From Corallochytrium limacisporum Hawaii (taxonomy: Eukaryota > Protista > Pluriformea), in the NCBI GenBank assembly GCA_002811645.1, contig PDIP01000149.1:1-64000 (forward strand): 64,000 nucleotides of DNA, given 5' to 3'. The notes under the pieces were generated by a model. It was not told the origin of the DNA and searched no databases. It saw nothing but the letters and a program-made list of their open reading frames with translations. The first letter of the stretch is position 1; the number at the start of each line of letters is the position of its first letter. Below are positions 58,344 through 64,000 of the stretch, in pieces. Both the position numbers and the translations under genes were made by a program.

Positions 58344-58625
58344 CTAAGATGATTGATTCTGCAGCTTCTCAAAAGGATCATCCGGTTTGGGACCACAAGG
58401 CATAGCATATGAAGTCAACAATTGTTGCCTAAGTCGCTCATTGGAGACATTCTGGCCCATGGCAGACAGTGCAAGCATTGATCGATTGTTTAGTAGCACC
58501 GCAGTCATGTCACGTTGTTGATTCTCCATGAATTCATGCGTTTTCGTGTCCGCGTCGCCAACACTACCATGCCTTGCCTTAACGCCCTCCTGATACGCTC
58601 GGTGATTGTAGCGAGTCTGCTCCAT
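58344..58625 (-). CDS. Hypothetical small protein (93 aa from ATG 58625)
   Basis: atcATGg context, protein-like composition, AT-rich flanks, divergent from MTAP; no family recognised. Confidence 0.3.
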   Translation of the reverse strand: MEQTRYNHRAYQEGVKARHGSVGDADTKTHEFMENQQRDMTAVLLNNRSMLALSAMGQNVSNERLRQQLLTSYAMPCGPKPDDPFEKLQNQSS

Positions 58626-59732
58626 GATCTCTCCTGTGTCAATGGAGGTTGTGCACTCTACTGCATCTCGTATCCATACAAGTACCGATTTGTGTTCGCT
58701 AAGCACAAAATATATAAAACAAAAACTAAATCAATTCAGAATTCCTTCCAATACCTTGATGAGCACCGTAAATCCAGGCGGGGTCACTCAATTGTATTGC
58801 AGCCTTGTGCGTGCCCATGCGTACCGCTTCCGCGCCCAAAACCCTCCATCCCAGCCCCACCCAAGCGCCTAAGCCGTGGATTCAACTCGTAATGAAAATA
58901 GGCCCCCAATTACAATTGGGGCCTCTTTTCTTAACCTCCTGTGTCTTCCGTCACACTCCCTGTCGACACGAGAGAATGCGAGTGTTTATCAGACTAGGGT
59001 GACATTTCTAGGCAAGCTGGCCGGACATTTGCTGCAGTCTACGGCCCTCCGTGATTGCGAAGTTGTTGCCGTTGCTCTTTTTGTTTTTTTTTTGGAAAAC
59101 GATCCGCACGAACTAGATGGGTTAGTTGGAATCCGGGCCAACCAACCACAGATTCCTGGTACGAAACAAAGTGGAAACCGCCGTCTCATTTTCAACGGGC
59201 AAACACGATCGTACCCAAGTGAGTCGTCGGAGAGATGTCCTCGTCCAGTGTATGGGCTTATATGCAGGTGTTGGAGATGTTTAAGGGTTTTGCCCTTTCG
59301 TGTTTGTGACCTGCCGCAGTGCTTCAAACAGTTCATCACCAGGAACGGAATCTGACCCTCTCGGTTCCCGGGGGGTCCGTTCTTCACACGGACATATGAT
59401 GAACTTTGCGTAATTCAATTCGGGGAGCCGGTGCTACAAACGAAGAGAACACTTGGCGGAACGTGCTGGAGGACTAGCGTGTTTGCCGGGGTACCAGGCA
59501 CATGCCTGTAGCAACAGTCAAAGGTGGCTTTTTTTTCCATCCCTGGCTAACACGAGTGGGTGACCGTTTGCTGTACATTCACTATGGGAAACGAGTCTCT
59601 GTCACGGTAATTGTTTTGGCCCATTTGGATTTGTTTTCGCTGCTTAGGGTTTTTTTTGGGCAAGACCTGTCACTCTCTCTTTTAAATCCCCCGAAGTGGG
59701 GGGGGGAGATCGCCACGCAGTGGATAGCCAAG

Positions 59733-59756
59733 GCTCTGATTGGGCGGGACGGGGCG
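59733..59756 (+). promoter_or_regulatory. Composite inverted CCAAT + GC-box element upstream of MTAP
   Basis: GCTCTGATTGGGCGGGACGGGGCG, 21/24 identical to the IMPDH upstream element. Confidence 0.55.
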
Positions 59757-59996
59757 AGGAGTGCTGATGAGATCATTGCATCATCAGCAGGCTAGAGGCA
59801 ACGCTGGCGAATGCGAGTTGGCAGGATAGCGGCCAACTAGCATCCTTTGGTTACATGCAGTGTGCGTGACCTTGGACGTCAAGGTGCTTCAGTGGCAGCG
59901 GAACTGGTATGCGCTCGGTTTGACGAGCAGCTTTCACAACAGCTCGAACTGTTTGAAACGCGCAACTCCGCACGTGAAAAATTGGAATCCAGAACC

Positions 59997-60836
59997 ATGG
60001 TTGCAGTCAAGATCGGTATCATTGGTGGATCTGGCCTCGACAAGAGCCACATCTTTGCCAACAAGACCACTAAGGAGGTAGAAACCCCATATGGCAAGCC
60101 CTCCGGTCCTCTAACTTGCGGTGAGGTTGCCGGCGTACCTTGCGTCTTGGTTGCCCGCCACGGTCCCAAGCACACTTTCATGCCCGGCAATGTCAACTTC
60201 CGTGCGAATCTGTGGGCCCTGAAGGAGGATGGTATCACGCATCTTATCGTCTCCACTGCCTGTGGTTCCCTGAAGGAGGGCGTACATCCTCGTGAGCTGC
60301 TCGTTCCGGATCAGATTATCGATCGGACCACCAAGCGCGTGTCAACCTTCTACGATGGTACCGCCAACGCACCCCGCGGTGTCATGCATATGCCCATGGC
60401 TCATCCTTTCGATGAACATCTGCGGAAGATCATGCTCGAATGCGCCGAGAAGACCATCCCTGACGTCAAGGTTCACTCTCACGGTACGGTCGTGACCATT
60501 GAGGGTCCCCGGTTCTCGACTAAGGCAGAAAGCGAATTGTTCCGCAGTTGGGGCTGCTCCATCATTAACATGACTACCTGTCCGGAGGCGTTCCTTGCCA
60601 ACGAGCTCGGCATTCCGTACGCTGCCATCGGTATGGTCACAGACTACGACTGCTGGCTGGAGGATCCCAACGCCCACGTCTCTGTGCAGGAGATCCTGGA
60701 GATCATGAAGGTCAATGGTGAAAATGTCATGAAGCTGTTCCTGGAAGTTATTCCCACTATTGCGGCTGGTGATTGGGATGAGCACCTCGAGAAGAAGAAG
60801 CAAACCTCCGCTGGTAGCATCATGCTGTTCGACTAA
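59997..60836 (+). CDS. MTAP: S-methyl-5'-thioadenosine phosphorylase (279 aa)
   Basis: VKIGIIGGSGL, ETPYGKPS, ARHG, VNFRAN, STACGSL, IEGPRFSTKAES, NMTT, VTDYDCW; ATG 59997 in accATGg context. Confidence 0.97.
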   Translation: MVAVKIGIIGGSGLDKSHIFANKTTKEVETPYGKPSGPLTCGEVAGVPCVLVARHGPKHTFMPGNVNFRANLWALKEDGITHLIVSTACGSLKEGVHPRELLVPDQIIDRTTKRVSTFYDGTANAPRGVMHMPMAHPFDEHLRKIMLECAEKTIPDVKVHSHGTVVTIEGPRFSTKAESELFRSWGCSIINMTTCPEAFLANELGIPYAAIGMVTDYDCWLEDPNAHVSVQEILEIMKVNGENVMKLFLEVIPTIAAGDWDEHLEKKKQTSAGSIMLFD

Positions 60837-63800
60837 ATTTCATGCTTTCAACTGGGCTGGCATCACCGAGCATTCCACAAAGCACCCCGATCACCTGTTC
60901 ACTTGTAAATATAATGTTCACTTTAAATCGCATGCCTGCTGGTCTTGCACTTCTCCGTACCCTTTGCCTGAACCCGAAATTTAAACATGCGGGACCATCG
61001 GAGAGCACCCTGGTCAAAACCATCTTCTCGCCAAACTCAAACATAGAGGAGGTGGGGACCAGTTTTCAATATCAAAATCAAATCATATGATTCAGTGCTT
61101 GTGTAAACTTTCAAACCAGGCAGAGGGGGGATTTATAAAAAAGTACGTATATAAAATTTATGACCACTGCAGACCAACTGGAGAGAAACAGGCGCAGTGT
61201 CTAATCTCCTCACTGCATCCACGCTTGCACGCGGACCAGCAGTGCCCCTCGTTTCCTATTGATGATTACAGTTTTCGGCGCGCATGCAATGCGATAAGTT
61301 TAGTAATACTGGTGAGGGAAAACGGAAACCTTATCCGGTCTTCTTCGGAGTGATAGACTTCTATTTGATACTACAATAACCTTTCGACCGGAGAGTTTAG
61401 AACTTCCTCTCATCGGTTTAGGTTGGTGCGCTGTAACCAACCCGGCCCCTTTTCCCCTTTGTGGACGACCCTAGGTTTTCCTAGGATTACTCCCCCTATC
61501 AAATTTCCATCTCGGATCGTGCTGCAGCAACGGCACGCTCTCAGCACAACAAGAAACCAAATATGCGCGTTCCATCGCACACAGTTTGACAGGAGGTGAC
61601 AGGCGTTGTCTTGTCCGTTCGAAATACCCTTGAAAACTATGCGTCGCAAAAACAAGAAGGATCAAGTTCAGGGATCATCAACAAAAAAAAAGTCAACGAT
61701 CACGGCACACGATGCCCGACGTTGCACACGGTGACAGTAACGACTACATCATCAACGCGAGCACAGCCCCTCCCTCAGAGATCTTGCGCAGAGACCACTG
61801 AAACAAGTCTTTCGCCTTTCCGTGTGCTGTCAAAGTTTTTCTTCGCTACACCCCGTAATTCGTGAAAGGGTATGTACGCACGCATACCTCCGCGAGCACC
61901 CAGTTGCAGAATGATCTGTCGGGTTGGCAGGGCTCTGCCCCTCTGCGCGGCCCTTTCCCTTCTTTTGGTCAACAAGAACACGCGACCAACTTGTACAGCA
62001 GGGCTCTGGTGGACGGTTGCCATCCAGAAGCCATGCACATATGTACGTAATCAGCAACAGTTTCAAACTGTTCTTACAATGGCTACGATGCAGCGGATTT
62101 ATCTGCATCAGGGAAACAGTGTTGCAAGGGATCTCCAAACATGGATCCAAGATAAGTGTGCGTGAGGTGACTTCTTTGAAGAAGAAAACCATCCACGACA
62201 GAACCCAGATCGCGGTATCTGCAATGAATCTATCGCACACTATGGGGGGTACAGGGGAAGTACCACCAAATGTGAATTTCTTAATGATTCTGGGGGGTGA
62301 CGCGAATGGCGAAAGGCAGCAATGCAGTAGTGCATTGTGAGAGCACACTAACGTTCGCGCATTTTGTAGCAGTGCCAATGATTCCATGAACCGGTCCCTT
62401 CGTTGGTGTCGTGCTTCGAAATTGTGTGGGTCTCAGCGGATCACCAGCCACTGGTGTGATGGGTACAAAATCAATGGAGCACATGCTTCAACATACAAGA
62501 TTTGAGACTCTTCTAATGGTCCCTGCAATTCATCTGCATGCTGCATGATAGCGTGCAATGGCTGCATCTGGTGAGAGGTTCCCGATTGTGGGCACAATGC
62601 CAGAGCTGTTGACCCGGGTTCGGCTTGCTTTTACTATTGTATGACAAGGATGCTTTAAGCCAAAACTCACCACAACCCGATGGTACGCATATATTGGCAG
62701 ACAGGGAATTCATCAACCGAAATTTCAAAATCTGCAGAATTTCTTGAACGGTATGCGTTGCTTGCTGCCTGGTAATGGTGGGAGATAGATTCTCCACATG
62801 CCCGTGGGGTTTGAAACCGGGAAGATCGGTCTTCCCACATTGGTACATTTAGTATAGGTCGGCGGCCTGGGCGAATTGGTGTGTACGTATGTGATAGGAC
62901 GCGAGATCCTTCGTCATGTACTTTTTGGAGGAGGCAATATTCCTGTGTGAAGAAATGAAATTGAAGAAAATGAGTACAGAAAGAAACAGGGTGGGAGGGG
63001 GGGGGGGCCGAGAGAGAGTACTATCACCCCCGTCGGAGTATGTAGTACGAAAATATGGGCCAAACAATTGCTTAATTTTTCTTTCGGCTTTCTGTACCAG
63101 GTTTTTGGCTTTTTTTGGCCAGCCCCCGGCTCGTTTTCTGTACCTCAGAAGTACTAAATATTTGAGTTCCGGTGAATAACGTTGGTCGGGGGAGGAGGGG
63201 GGAAAAGGCTGTGTTCCACGGTACATGTTTGTTTTGGTTCATTAACTTTTCACTGAATACAACTTATGATGATTCCCTAACAACATGCTTGCCTCTTCGG
63301 AGTAGAACTAAAGGCTGTACGCTTTCGTGATCTACCTACTTAGCATCTTCTCTCTCTCTCGCTCCCCTTTTCGCCTGCCTTTCTGAGACATTTCTTATCT
63401 TGACCGCATGCACAAAAGAAAGAAAATAGGGGGTAGGTATGAAACAAACAAGTGCCAACCCCTTTTAAAATATCTGTTTGAATCAACGAAACCGTCGGGA
63501 CTGAAAATTGGTATCGCCGTGGTTTTTTCCTTTGGGTCTGAGCTGTGTGTTGTTGGTACGCCGGTATTCGGCCCCCCCCCCCCCCCCCACTGAACCCCCT
63601 TTTTCGTATACGGTGTGTGCCCACTGTTTTTGTCGGTCACTTCACCGGAGCGATAACACCCGGGGCCTGGGTACTTTCAGTACCACGGTAGCGGACGTGG
63701 GGTTTTTTTTCCAAAATTCCAAAGCTTGTCATGCCTGTTTCTCCTTCTTATTCCGTATCCTTTTTGGTGGGAGCAAGCGGAGGTGCGCGTCGGCCCGTTT

Positions 63801-64000
63801 GCATTGCTCACAAAGTGGCTTTCCTTGCGCAGCCGGAAATGAACCGTGGTGAACCGTACGCGGTAGTCCGTGACGATATCTGCTCGCAGACATGCAGAGG
63901 GCCATTGTTATGCCAAACGCGCGGCCAGTTTCAGTCGCCGCCACCATTTCTTTCGACGGTACCTACTGAACAGCAAGCGGATCAAGCATGTAAAGCTACA

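Noticed and set aside
59847-59996. In-frame non-AUG N-terminal extension of MTAP (similar ones for IMPDH and the LRR gene)
   Set aside because: Homology starts at ATGs in good context; open stretches of 13-50 codons are compatible with chance.

Overview
Eukaryotic nuclear DNA from a compact, essentially intron-free genome, with three N-gaps each flanked by poly-G/poly-C. The gene content is opisthokont/holozoan-like (CUEDC2, RABL6, IFRD, SLC25A39/40, SELENOW, an extracellular LRR receptor). An intron-poor unicellular holozoan such as Corallochytrium is a plausible source, but this is inference only. About 16 single-exon genes are supported: LRR/SEA-like type I membrane protein, RING-less Rad5/16-like SNF2 ATPase, SLC25A39/40 carrier, selenoprotein W, WAT1/UMAMIT-like EamA transporter, IMPDH, RABL6, IFRD, a Q/H/P-rich orphan, AVT1-like amino-acid transporter, RBM26/27-like protein, a kinase-START fusion, theta-class GST, NIPA Mg2+ transporter, CUEDC2 and MTAP. 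Best leads: (1) a UGA-recoded selenoprotein W that the ORF track truncates, with only non-canonical SECIS-like hairpins downstream; (2) an unusual TBC1D8/9-N-terminus-like + AMPK-related kinase + START lipid-binding protein; (3) a 21/24-nt CCAAT/GC-box element shared by the upstream regions of the two purine-metabolism genes IMPDH and MTAP; (4) an unexplained cloverleaf/pseudoknot-capable RNA-like structure near 54.3 kb. No rRNA, convincing tRNA, CRISPR array or recognisable transposase was found.
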